DNA from: Octopus sinensis
Lineage: Eukaryota
Direction of reading: 5' to 3'
NCBI RefSeq assembly: GCF_006345805.1
Contig: NC_043019.1
Span: forward strand, 3,720,001-3,784,000
Length of the DNA: 64,000 nt
The notes beneath the pieces were generated by a model. That model was not told the DNA's origin and searched no databases. It saw only the letters and a list, made by a program, of their open reading frames with translations. Shown piece after piece: positions 35,834-49,122 of the stretch; position 1 is the stretch's first letter; the number at the start of each line of letters is the position of its first letter. The position numbers were made by a program, and so were the translations under genes.

Positions 35834-36285
35834 GGATCTTTTCGCTTTGACCGGCAGATTTTTTCTAGCGGTGTCATATGAAATTGTCACCCATAATTAT
35901 GACCCTAGTATCGATCTATTGCATTTCAATCTGTTTTAGGATTAGGGTTAGAGTTAGGGTTAGTTAGGGTCAGGGTTAGGGTTGGGGGAAGGGTATCTTT
36001 TTTTTCTTCTGAAATGTAAATAAACCCAATCTGTTTCTTAAATGAGGGACATATTCATACGGCACAGAATGTTTTTTTTTCACCTCAATAGACGTCATTG
36101 ATTGGTTGAAATTGCAGAAATTGAAGAACCCCCCCCCCCAAATATCTTACAAACTATAGAATTTTCTCAATAAAACCAAGAGAAAAAGATGTTTTATAAA
36201 CACATTCTACCAGTATACGAAGTTTAAAAGTGTTTAGTTACGTGGAAATTATTTTAAAAAACTGCCGGTCAAACCGAAAAGATCC
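35834..36285. mobile_element. MULE-like MITE (452 bp) carrying TTAGGG repeats
   Basis: GGATC-TTTTCG TIRs and a perfect 9-bp TSD AGAGACTCG. Same family as 2001-2410. Confidence 0.85.
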
Positions 36286-36746
36286 AGAGACTCGGTCAAC
36301 ATGTTACCCTGTAGGATCGAACCCGGAACCTCATGTTATCCTTTACTGATTGTTACCCCCCCCCCACCGCCCATGCCATGACCATGTTTTTGTATTCTGC
36401 ATTTGTGAGTTTTATTCAATGAATCCTTCTGAAAGCTTGCAGTCTTTTTGTTTACCGCGCGTTGCTAAGTGTTGCCAAGCACATTTATTGTTATTGTGTC
36501 AATGCGGGTGTATATGCATTTACGTGTACGCGTAGTCGTGTCATTATGACGAGGCACGTTCACACACACACACATACACAGGCACGCACACACACACACA
36601 CAGGCACGCACACACACGCATACTCACACGCACACACACATACGACCACGCACAGATGAATATACATACTGACGAATACGCGCAGTAACCTGACTTAGTA
36701 ACACATAGCAACATAGCAACATACAAACAATCTATCTATCAATCTA

Positions 36747-36841
<95 letters not shown>

Positions 36842-37054
36842 ACGTTCTGAGTTCAAATTCCGCCGAGGTCGACTTTGCCTTTCATCCTTTCGGGGGTCGA
36901 TAAATTAAGTACCAGTTACGCACTGGGGTTCGATGTAATCGACTTAATCCGTTTGTCTGTCCGTCCTTGTTTGCCCCCTTCTGTGTTTAGCCCCTTGTGG
37001 GTAGTAAAGAAAAAGGTAGGAGCTGAGGTTTGGGGTGATTGAGAAAATCTGGAG

Positions 37055-37315
37055 CAGTGGTTCCCAACCATGGTCCATGATGGCCCTTTAGGGGTCCACA
37101 TAAGATTTTGTGGTTAAACTTTATGTGCAATAAATTGGTTATACTTCTGCAATACACAAAATATTCTAAAAATAAATTTATGTTTTTATACGATTTCTAA
37201 TAATATTTAATTATAAAAATATAATAGGGTTTTTCCTTTTTAACATGGGGTCTAGTAGAGCAAAATATGGATCAATAGGGTTCATATGTAAAAAATAAAT
37301 GGTTGATAAACACTG
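37055..37315. mobile_element. hAT-Charlie-like MITE
   Basis: Ends CAGTGGTTCCCAACC / CAGTGTTTATCAACC. Degenerate 8-bp TSD atctggag/gtcaagag (5/8 identical). Confidence 0.55.
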
Positions 37316-37339
37316 GTCAAGAGGGACCACAATTTCAAC

Positions 37340-37416
37340 AACTACTATTACCACCACCATCACCATCATCCCCATCACCGCCACAATTATCACCAGCACC
37401 AGCACCATCACCACCT

Positions 37417-37464
<48 letters not shown>

Positions 37465-37622
37465 CCACCACCACCACCACCACCATCACCATCACCATCA
37501 CCACCACAATTATCACCAGCACCAGCACAACCACATACTACACCACCACCACCACTACCACCACCACCGCCGCCACCACCACCACCGCCATCACCACCAC
37601 CATCACCACCACCACCACCATT
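37340..37622. repeat. compound CAC/CAT/CAG trinucleotide array
   Basis: Includes a pure (CAG)n run and a duplicated ccacaattatcaccagcaccagcac block. Confidence 0.9.
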
Positions 37623-38139
37623 GCATTCAAACATGTCTGAACAGGACGAAAACTGTACATCACGCACGCATGCACACATACACGCACGCACACGCTCACA
37701 CGTTTACACACACATACACACACATGTGTGTTCGTGCATGTGTGTGTGTGTGTGTGTGTGTGTGTAGAACAATGTGTATATAAAAGTCTCGAGTTTCAAT
37801 ATTAAGGACGCAGTGTTGATAATTTCTGGCTTGAGTGCGGCTGGTTGACGGCGGAGTGGTGTTGCAGTACAAAACCAGTGGTGTAGTGTTTGTTTGGTGG
37901 TGATGTAGTGTTGACGCGGCAGAAAGGCTCTGTTGCCTGGCGGTGCTCCGCTGGTACAACAGAGAGATCTGGTCGATGGAGTGGTCATGGCCGACCTGTT
38001 GGTGCAGTAGAGAGACTTGGTGGTGAAGCGGCGGTCTAGTGGTGCAGAGAAAGTCTGTAACAACCAGCGGAGACCTTATGGTAGTACAATGAAAGTTGAG
38101 AGTTGTGGTGATGGCAATCTGTTAGTCTGGTGAAGACCT

Positions 38140-38370
38140 GGAGGTGCAACCGAGAAAACTGGAGGTGCAATGGATAGATCTGGAGGTGCAATGAAGAAGT
38201 CTGGAGGTGCAATGGATAGATCTGGAGGTGCAATGGTGAGAACTGGAGATGCAATGGATAGATCTGGAGGTGCAATGAATAGATCTGGAGGTGCAATGGA
38301 TACATCTGGAGGTGCAATGGAGAAGTCTGGAGGTGCATTGGTGATGATCTGATGGTGCAGTGGAAAGACT
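38140..38370. repeat. 21-bp minisatellite (CTGGAGGTGCAATG + 7 variable nt), ~10 units
   Basis: Directly visible. Degenerate units extend across ~37960-38460. Confidence 0.9.
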
Positions 38371-40134
38371 TGCTGAAGCAATGCAGTCTGGTTGTTACAG
38401 CGACGATAATCTGATGTAGCGAAGAGACCTAATTTTGCAGGAGAGAGACTTGTTGCTCTCTTAAATACTCAGAGATAGATGGACAAACAGAGAGAGAAAA
38501 AGACAGAAATTCCATCGTCGGATTTATTCAGTCAATTCCAGACGAATTCAGTTCGATCCAGTTTCATCCAGTTTAGTCATGGCCAGGTATTGTCAACGCT
38601 TTATTTCTCTTTGTTTTAATGTTTTTCGATTGATCACATAGGGATGTTATCGGGATAACCTCTGTTTCCGGTGGTAACCATCGTGTGTGGTGGTATCTTG
38701 CATCTTATATAAGGCGGCGAACTGGCAGAAACGTTAGCACACCGGGCGAAATGCGTAGCGGTATTTCGTCTGTCGCTACGTTCTGAGTTCAAATTCCGCC
38801 GAGGTCGACTTTGCCTTTCATCCTTTCGGGGCCGATTAAATAAGTACCAGTTATGCACTGGGGTCGATATAATCGACTTAATCCGTTTGTCTGACTTTGT
38901 TTGTCCTCTCTGTGTTTAGCCCCCTGTGGGTAGTAAAGAAATAGGTATCTTGCATCTTATGTTTATGGTGGTAATCTGTATTTTAGGTTCTAATCGCTAC
39001 GTTTGCGGTGGTAAGATTTTCCCATCTAGAACCACGAACTAATTTATTTCCATAAAAGGAAAAGTATCCCCATAAAAGGTGTTGGTGCGGCGCCTACATG
39101 AACACGCCTCGGACAATCAGCATTGTCTGACTTATTACACTGGAAGCAGCAATCTTCAAAAGAAGTATGCGAGTTTTCCTACCAAACAGTATGGCTGAAG
39201 GTTCTAGAAGAATAGTTTACAGTTATAAAAAGAAAGGCAAATTCAACCTAACCAAAGGCCAAACGGTCTTGGGTATTTGTATCGCTTGTCTAAACAAGTA
39301 GTTCTCTTTTTTTCTTTCTCTATTTAGTGAAATACTTATCTCGTAGTCAACAAAAGACACTAACATTTACCTGTAGTGCATAGTAACATATATCAATTAT
39401 ATGCAGTGATTTAAATTCTTTGCATTTTCTTCATAATGTTATCCAGCAAGTTAAGGCGGCGAGCTGGCAGAATGGTTAGCACGCAGAACGAAATGCTTAG
39501 CGGCTTTTCATCCGTCGCTACGTTCTGAGTTCGAATTCTGCCGAGGTCGACTTTCACCTTTCATTCTTTCGGGGTGAATAAAACAAATACTAATTGAACA
39601 GTGGAATCGATGTAATCGACTTAAGCCCTTCCCAGAAATTGCTGGCCTTGTACCAAAATTTGAAACCAATAGGCGCAGGAGTGGCCGTGTGGTCAGTAGC
39701 TTGCTAACCAACCACATTGTACCGGGTTCAGTCCCACTGCGTGGCATCTTCTGCTATAGCCTCGGGCCGACCAAAGCCTTGTGAGTGGATTTGGTAGACG
39801 GAAACTGAAGGAAGCCTGTCGTATATATGTATATATATGTATGTATGTGTGTGTATATGTTTGTGTGTCTGTGTTTGTCCCTCTAGCATTGCTTGACAAC
39901 CGATGCTGGTGTGTTTACGTCCCTATCACTTAGCGGCTCGGCAAAAGAGACCAATAGAATAAGTACTGGGCTTACAAAGAATAAGTCCCGGGGTCGATTT
40001 GCTCGACTAAAGGCGGTGCTCCAGCATGGCCGCTGTCAAATGACCGAAACAAGTAAAAAGAAAAAAGAAAAAATATCCACCGCCGGTTCATTGTGCTAGT
40101 GTATGTATAAAATGAACCTCCACCATCTATTCTG

Positions 40135-40335
40135 CCTATATGTCTGTGCACACCTTTCAATGCAATGTATAGCAGAAAGTCTGCAAATCTAACGGAGGCC
40201 TCAAAAGACATTTTAAGATCCATAAAGATCAGAGCTTAACTGCTGCTCTTGGTGGTCCAAATCGGAGGTGCAATCTATGTGGGTGTTTTTTCAAAACATC
40301 GTCTGGTTTAAAAAGCCAAGTCAGATGTCATGATG
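40135..40335 (+). mobile_element. LINE (RTE-like) C-terminal fragment with two C2H2 fingers, decayed
   Basis: HTFQCNV*QKVCKSNGGLKRHFKIH...CNLCGCFFKTSSGLKSQVRCH. A homologous copy is on the minus strand at 46420-46635. Confidence 0.55.
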
Positions 40336-40794
40336 GTTCTAAGGTTTAGGTACAGGAGGTGGTCAAACTCTGCAGAAGGAGTAGACAGACACCATGTATA
40401 TATATATATATATATTAATAAAAGGAATTCCAACCTTGTCTGATTTTCACGTTTTATTTACAATCTTATAATGATATAAGATAATATAATATAATAAAAT
40501 AAAATAAAATAATAGAATGTTAAATGTTCATTCTGATTGAACTAGTACTTTCATGCATTAAATTCTGCACTCTTCAGGTTCATGTAGTAGTGGTGACAGT
40601 CATGCTTCACAATTTTTGACAGTAGTGAGATGACTGAATCTGTGCCTTAATTACAGCTGGGTAGGCTCCAGATTGCTAGGTTTTGCAAACTGTATTCTGA
40701 CCAATCAGTGTGTAGTATCACTCAATTACTTAAGCTGATTGGTTGGTTGAGCTGATTGGTTTAGGCGTCACGCTTTGTTGGACATGTTAAGAGT

Positions 40795-40842
<48 letters not shown>

Positions 40843-40850
40843 TGTCTGTC

Positions 40851-40891
<41 letters not shown>

Positions 40892-40894
40892 TTC

Positions 40895-41130
40895 GGCAGG
40901 AGGACTTAAACGACAGGCAAAGGTACATGAAGCCCAGTTACAACTACAGCCGGCTATTACTAGTAAAAGGTTTTAGTTGCCAATTCTGTACAAGACATTG
41001 TAGATCTTTAGCTGGGCTAAAGAGTCACATTCGATCACAGCACCAGCAACAGTTAAGCTTCGTGCAATGGCCATACTCGATAACGAGGGGACAGCCATCA
41101 TGTATGTATGTATGTATGTATGTATGCATG

Positions 41131-41161
<31 letters not shown>

Positions 41162-41190
41162 GTATGCATGTATGTATGTATGTATGTATG

Positions 41191-41221
<31 letters not shown>

Positions 41222-41243
41222 GTATGTATGTATGTATGTATGT
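40895..41243 (+). mobile_element. LINE (RTE-like) 3' end with C2H2 finger and (ATGT)n tail
   Basis: FSCQFCTRHCRSLAGLKSHIRSQH, then 3' end GCTTCGTGCAATGGCCATACTCGATAACGAG followed directly by (ATGT)n. The same 3' end and tail are inverted at 45700-45830. Confidence 0.65.
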
Positions 41244-41334
41244 AAAGGGAAAGTTTACGAAAATAAACAAAAGACGAAGGCAGGTGGAGTACAAACAAAC
41301 AAATGTATTAGCATAGCGCTCAGGAATAGAAAAA

Positions 41335-41374
41335 ATCTTTTACGTTTCGAGCCTACGCTCTTCCACAGAAAGAT
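41335..41374 (-). ncRNA. minimal type I hammerhead ribozyme-like motif (Penelope-like element type), A6U variant
   Basis: Minus strand: AUCUUU-CUGUGGA-A-GAGC(GUAG)GCUC-GAA-ACGU-A-AAAGAU. It has a 6-bp stem I, a 4-bp stem II and a palindromic ACGU stem III. Confidence 0.6.
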
Positions 41375-41687
41375 ACACAGAAAAAAAAAAACAAGGAGAG
41401 AAACAAGGAGAGAAAAAAATGCGTGTAGGAGCTAACGATCTACCATGGCGTGTATGTATCGTAGGATGAGGCAGATTCGTATGGAAAACGACGATCTGTT
41501 TTTCTTTTTGCTTTTACTGCTTTGCTCCCATGCTGCAAATCTTCTCTTGCATTCAATTGATTTAATGATTCAAACCTTGCAATCACGCAACACAACCACA
41601 ACATCCTTGCCAAGTCTGTACATAAAACCCCAAAACGAAGGCGATTCAGAAAGCAATGCAAATTATATCTGCATTATTTTTTGGACT

Positions 41688-42064
41688 TATATAAACGGCA
41701 GTTTGTCTGTGCGTGTTTCTGTGTGTCTGTTTGCTTGTACCCTCACCCTGACGACGGCTTTCAACCGATTCTGATGAAACTTGACACACACATAGCCCAA
41801 TGTCATAATTCAAAACTAACGCAGCGAAAATTTTGAAAAGTTCCCCCAGTTCTGAAAAAAATCGATAAATTCGACATGGGCTCGAGAATCAGAAACACAA
41901 GCCGCAAACTGTCTAGGGGACGCAACTCCACCTTTTTTAACTAAAAAAAAAATTTACCATCATTTTTTTCCATTTTTTTTGCTATTTTTTGACTATAACT
42001 CTCTAAAAATGCTTTATAGTTATTTCCCTTACAAACCTGAGCAACGCCGGGCGATACTGCTAGT
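41688..42064 (-). mobile_element. Helentron/HINE-like element
   Basis: 5' ACTAGCAGTATCGCCCGGCGTTGCTC end. Related copies at 45332-45697(+), 51482-51772(-), 58161-58367(-) and 59025-59427(+). Confidence 0.55.
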
Positions 42065-42323
42065 CGTTGTATAAACTAGTGGTGAGTCGAAGTAATTTCT
42101 TTTTTTCTTTTATTTTGTTCTTTTACTTGTTTCAGTCATTTTGACTGCGGCCATGCTGGAGCACCGCCTTTTAGTCGAGCAACTCGACCCCGGGACTCAT
42201 TCTTTTTGTAAGCCCAGTACTTATTCTATCGGTCTCTTTTTGCCGAACCGCTAAGTGACGGGAACGTAAACACACCAGCATCGGTTGTCAAGCAATGCTA
42301 GGAGGACAAACACAGACACATAA

Positions 42324-42370
<47 letters not shown>

Positions 42371-43699
42371 TACGACAGGCTTCTTTCAGTTTCCGTCTAC
42401 CAAATCCACTCACAAGGCATTGGTCGGCCCGAGGCTATAGCAGAAGACACTTGCCCAAAATGCCACACAGTGGGACTGAACCCGGAACCATGTGGCTGGT
42501 TAGCAAGCTACTTACCACACAGCCATTCCTGCGCCTAATCTAAATAAAAATTGCATTCCTTTCTGACTCACCCTCATAAGTGGTAGGCATGGTGAGAGAT
42601 GCGAGTATCAAAAGATGCATCATTGTCCCGGGGTCTAATGAAAACTAAGTGTCGCGTGTTCTTAACCGAGGATTGCTTTACACTCATTGACCGCCTTAAT
42701 CTAACTGGTACACTAATTACCATGGCGAAGTACAAGTGTCCGCTCTGAGAGTTCCATAACAACGGTATTTAACGAGAACTGATACATTAAGTTCAATGAA
42801 TTCGTAGCTGTAAGTACAAATGGAGATACTTGACTCCTAATGATATTTCGGTGTAGATTATAAAGTTCAGTTCACTGAGAGCAGATCCTTCACTAAAGAT
42901 CTTACTTTCGCTTGTGTAATCAAACATTAGTGGAGGCGCGTGGCTTGGTGGTTAGGGTGTCAGCATCATGATCGTAAGATTGTGGTTTCAATTCCTGGAC
43001 CGGGCGACGCGTTGTGTTCTTGAGCAAAACACTTCATTTCACGTTGCTCCAGTCCACTCAGCTGGCAAAAATGAGTAACGCTGCAATGGACTGGCGTCCC
43101 GTCCAGGTGGGGAACACATACGCCATTGAAACTGAGAAACCGGGTCCATGAACCTGACTAGGCTTTAAAAGGGCGCATTTATTATTTAAAACATTTAAAA
43201 AATTAATTAATTTATTTTTAATCACAAATTAAAGGCCTATATCATGTATCTCTACCGATATTTCGGTGCAGATTTTGAAGTGCAGTTCACTCAGCTCTGG
43301 ATTAACCATTAAGCAAAATGAGCACGCGCTTAGGGCATCAAGGGAAGAGAGGAGACTCAGATATGGTAAACGGTTTACGGCGCAACAGAAATCGCTTTAA
43401 ATTTACTAAAATGATGATCCAAGTGGTGCATTTAGATTAACTGGCCTACCGATATTTCGGTATAGGTTTTGAAGTGCAGTCCACTGAGCTCTTGATTGTG
43501 TGACCTCCTTCGGTCATGAATGACCATGGGCTTGCACCTAGAAAGTTACCCTCCGAGGCACAAGTCTTGGCAAGGTTGTTTATGGAAAGCCAGCAGTCGC
43601 CCACGCATACCAGCCTCCCCTCTCCACGCCAACGATGTTATCCAAGGGAAAGGCAAAGGGGCCGATACAGCTTGGCACCAGTGACATCGCAGCTCATTT

Positions 43700-44455
43700 A
43701 TTAACGTACAAGTGGCTGAGCACTCCACAGACACATGTACCCTTAATGTAGTTCTCGGGGGAGATTCAGCGTGACACAGAGTGTGACAAGGCTGGCCCTT
43801 TGAAATACAGGTACAACAGAAACAGGAAGAAAGAGTGAGAGAAAGTTGTGGTGAAAGAGTACAGCAGGGATCACCACCATCCCCTGCCAGAGCGTCGTGG
43901 AGCTTTAGGTGTTTTCGCTCAATAAACACTCACAATGCCCGGTCTGGGAATCGAAACCGTGATCCTACGACCGCGAGTCCGCTGCCCTAACCACTGGGCC
44001 ATTGCGTCTCCACATGGATTAACCATTAAACAAAATGAGCATGCGCATAGGGTATTAAGGGAAATGGGGAAATACAGAAATGGTAAATGGTTCGCAGCAG
44101 AAACTGACCAAAGACTTTGTAATTCAGAACACTCACAAATGAGTGTTTATTGAGCGAAAACACCTAAAAGCTCCACGAGGCCCCGGCAGGGGATGGTGGT
44201 GATCCCTGCTGTACTCCTTCACCACAACTTTCTCTCACTCTTACTTCCTGTTTCTGTTGTACCTGTATTTCAAGGGGCCGGCCTTGTCACCCTCTGTGTC
44301 ACGCTGAATATCCCCGAGAACTACGTTAAGGGTACACGTGTCTGTGGAGTGCTCAGCCACTTACACGTTAATTTCACGAGCAGGCTGTTCCGTTGATTCG
44401 GATCAACCGGAACCCTCATCGTCGTAACCGACGGAGTGCTTCCATCCCATCCAAT
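43700..44455. mobile_element. inverted pair of tRNA-SINE family E copies
   Basis: 43700-44010 is a minus copy with a tRNA-like head. 44140-44455 is a headless plus copy. About 240 bp are complementary. Confidence 0.8.
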
Positions 44456-46639
44456 TCAGAACAATAGGAGAAAGCTTTTCAAATAAAAATGAGGCGTTTA
44501 GTAACAGACCGTCGTAAGCGGCACAACTTAAAAACCGAGAAAAACGCAGTCAGTTTCGCGACTTTCGGAATGCGATATCTCAGCGAGGAGTGAAGTTAAG
44601 AAGCTGGTTTTGGTCTTAAAATGACCGTGAAGGCCGCTAATCATTTCACTTATGTGCAATTATTTATTTTTAGTGGCTGTGTGGTAAGTAGTTTGCTAAC
44701 CAACCACATAGTTCCGGGTTCAGTCCCACTGCGTGGCATCTTGGGCAAGTGTCTTCTGCTATAGCCCCGGGCCGACCAATGCCTTGTGAGTGGATTTGGT
44801 AGACGGAAACTGAAAGAAGCCTGTCGTATATATGTATATATATATATATAAATATATATGTATGTATATATGTATGTATGTATGTGTGTGTATATGTTTG
44901 TGTGGCTGTGTTTGTCCCCCCAACATCGCTTGTGTGTTTACGTCCCCGTAACTTAGCGGTTCGGCAAAAGAGACCGATAGAATAAGTACTAGGCTTACAA
45001 AGAATAAGTCCTGGGGTCGATTTGCTCGACTAAAGGCGGTGCTCCAGCATGGTCGCAGTCAAATGACTGAAACAAGTAAAAGAGTAAAAGAGTATCTAAA
45101 AGATGAAACAATGACTGCATCTTTCTCATTTTATAGAAGGTATCGGTAGTATGAAACGGTGTATCGCATTGCATATTTCAGCCATAGTATCTAGGGAAAA
45201 CATACAAAGACCCACCGAAGGTATTGCTTGAGTTTTAATATATCAAGGTAAGTATCTTTAAGAGGTAAGTAAGACAAGAGAGTAAAATAATAGCCCATTA
45301 TCGTTACGATGGTAAGGAGAAATATTAGAAAACTAGCACTATGACCCGGCGTTGCTGGGTCATAGTGCTAGTGCATGCGTATACAGTTGCATGCGTGCGC
45401 ACATGCACGCGAGGACTGTCCAAATCTCCGACCAATCACATACAGCTTGCTGGCATTCAATTGGCGTATCAAGTTTCGGGCATTTTGATTGGGTTTTGGA
45501 TAGAAAATTCACAAAAAAGTCACTTCTATTGATTTTTTAATGGCTTTGCGGAGTGACTGGGGAAATGTAAAGATGTGCACGACCACCCTTGGACGGTTTT
45601 GAATGACCATAGAAAGTGCGAGACCTCTAACTGAAAAATTGTGGATTTGTATAAAGGACACGCACACAGACATTTTGCCGTTTATATATATAGAGATAAA
45701 TACATATGCATGCATACATACATACATACATACATACATCATACATACATACATACATACATACATCATACATACATGCATTCATGGTGGCTGCCCTCTC
45801 GTTATCGAGTATGGCCATTGCACGAAGCTTAATCAATGTTGTTATCGTGTAATGCCTGTGCATGAAGATTTTTTTTTTAAAGTGAGGAAAGGCTGTGCAC
45901 TGAGTCAATCCCACTCACTAAGCAACAGCAGCCATAATCCGAAAAGAAGAACAAGTCAACATCATCGGTAACCACTGAGCCGCAGGTTTTATGTCGGAGT
46001 TATCCCAGTTACCTGAGTTACCTTCTCCTAGAAGGATGCCCTAACAAAGGCTAGGGGTCCTTCACTCCCAATGGTTTAACCTCGCGATCGGGTATTCAGC
46101 CCGATTATTTCTATGTCCCCGCGCATGATACAGCCTTAAGACATTTATTGGATGGCCGTTGACTCTCAAGAGTTCCTCCGCCCTTTGACGGGTTTTGTTT
46201 TTCATCTCGCAGGGTGTCCAATAAACACCCTCCTCACCAAACAAGCTTGGTGGGGTTGCCAGTTTAGTCGCCGACGACCCGACCATGCAACAGGTTGTAT
46301 GGGTTACATGTTACCAGTAGCTCTCGAAAGTGACCTGACATACATACATAGATACATACATACATACATACATACATACATGCATAATAACACTATCCTG
46401 ATTACAAGTTCAGGTTTATACCAGTAATTATTTGGGTACTGGAATATGTAATACTGTCCCTAAATACCAATCTTGAGAAATTAGGCTTTGCAAAATCAGA
46501 ATGGAGAAAGCTAACTTGAAGACTACAGATCCAAACTTTGTGGATCTTAAAATGTCTTTTGAAGCCTCCGTTAGATTTGCAGACCTTCTGGCATACACTG
46601 CATTCAAAGGTGTGTACAGTCATATAGGCAGAATATATG

Positions 46640-47902
46640 CCTACATCCATCCATCCATCCATCCATCCATACATACATACATACATACATATAGACAAAC
46701 ATATACATACAAACATACATACATGCATACAGGCATACATACATGCGTACATAAATACATACATACATACATACATACAAACATACATACATGCATACAG
46801 GCATACATACACATACATACATACAACATACATACATACATACATAAATACATACATACATACATACATAAATACATACATACATACATACATACATACA
46901 TGCATACAGGCATACATACATACATACATGCATACATACATACATACATACATGCATACATACATACATACATACATAAATGCATACATACATACATACA
47001 TGCATGCATACATACATACATACATACATACATACATACATACATACATACATACATGCATACATACATACATACATACACACATACATACATGCATACA
47101 TACATACATACATACACACATACACACATACATACATACAAACATACATACATACGTACATACATACATACATACATACATACATAAATACATACAAACA
47201 TACATACATACATACAAAATACATACATACATACACACATACACACATACATACATACATACATACATGCATACATACATACATACATGCATACATACAT
47301 ACATACATACATACATACATGCATACATACATACATACATACACACATACACACATACATACACACATACATACATACATACATACATACATACATACAT
47401 ACATACATACATAAATACATACAACATACATACATACATACATAAATACATACAAACATACATACATACATACAACATACATACATACATACATAAATAC
47501 ATAATACATACATACCTACAAAACATACATACCTACATACATACATACATACATACATACATACAACCATACATACATACATACATACATACATACATAC
47601 AAACATACATACATACATACATACATACAACATATAGACAAACATAACATACATAATAATACATACATACATACATACAAACATACATACATACATACAT
47701 ACATAATACATACAAACATACATACATACATACATACATACATACATACAACATACATACATACATACATACATACATACATAACATACATAATAATACA
47801 TACATACATACATACAAACATACATACATACATACATACATACATACATACATACATACATACAAACATACATACATACATACTACATAATACAAACATA
47901 CA

Positions 47903-47934
<32 letters not shown>

Positions 47935-49090
47935 GACAAACATACATTACACATAAATACATACATACATACATACATACAAACATACATACATACATAC
48001 ATACATACATACATACATACATACATACATACATACAAACATACATACATACTACATACATACATACATACATACAAACATACATACATACATACATACA
48101 TACAAACATAATACATACATACATACATACATACATAAATACATACATACATACCATACATACATACATACATATAATACATACATACAACATACATACA
48201 TACAACATACATACATACATACATACATACAAAATACATACATACATACATACATACATACATACAACATACATACATACATACATACAGCATACATACA
48301 TACATACATACACACATACACACATACATACATACAAACATACATACATACGTACATACATACATACATACACACTACATAAATACATACAAACATACAT
48401 ACATACATACAAAATACATACATACATACACACATACACACATACATACATACATACATACATGCATACATACATACATACATGCATACATACATACATA
48501 CATACATACATACATGCATACATACATACATACATACAACATACACACATACATACACACATACATACATACATACATACATACAACATACATACATACA
48601 TACATACAATAACATACATACATACATACATACATAATACATACAACATACATCATACATACATACATACATACATACATACATAAATACATACATACTA
48701 CATACATCAAACATACATACATACATACATACATACATAACATACATACAAACATACATACATACATACATACATACATACATACAACTACATACATACA
48801 TACATATACATACATACATATATAGACAACATACATACATACATAAATACATACTTACATCATACAAACATACATACATACATACATACATACATACATA
48901 CAAACATACATACATACATACATACATACATACATACAACATACATACATACATACATACCTACATACATACATACATACATATACATATACATACATAC
49001 ATACAAACATACATACATACATACTACATACATACATACATACATACATACAAACATACATACATACATACATACATACATAAACATACA

Positions 49091-49122
<32 letters not shown>

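Noticed and set aside
35935-35987. Telomere or chromosome-fusion relic
   Set aside because: It is a short degenerate run internal to a TSD-bounded MITE.
37299-37767. Poly-T, poly-P/A and poly-G ORFs
   Set aside because: They are trinucleotide-repeat translations, open on both strands.
38140-38370. Repeat-spacer pattern resembling CRISPR
   Set aside because: The spacers are only ~7 nt and resemble each other, the context is eukaryotic, and there are no cas genes.
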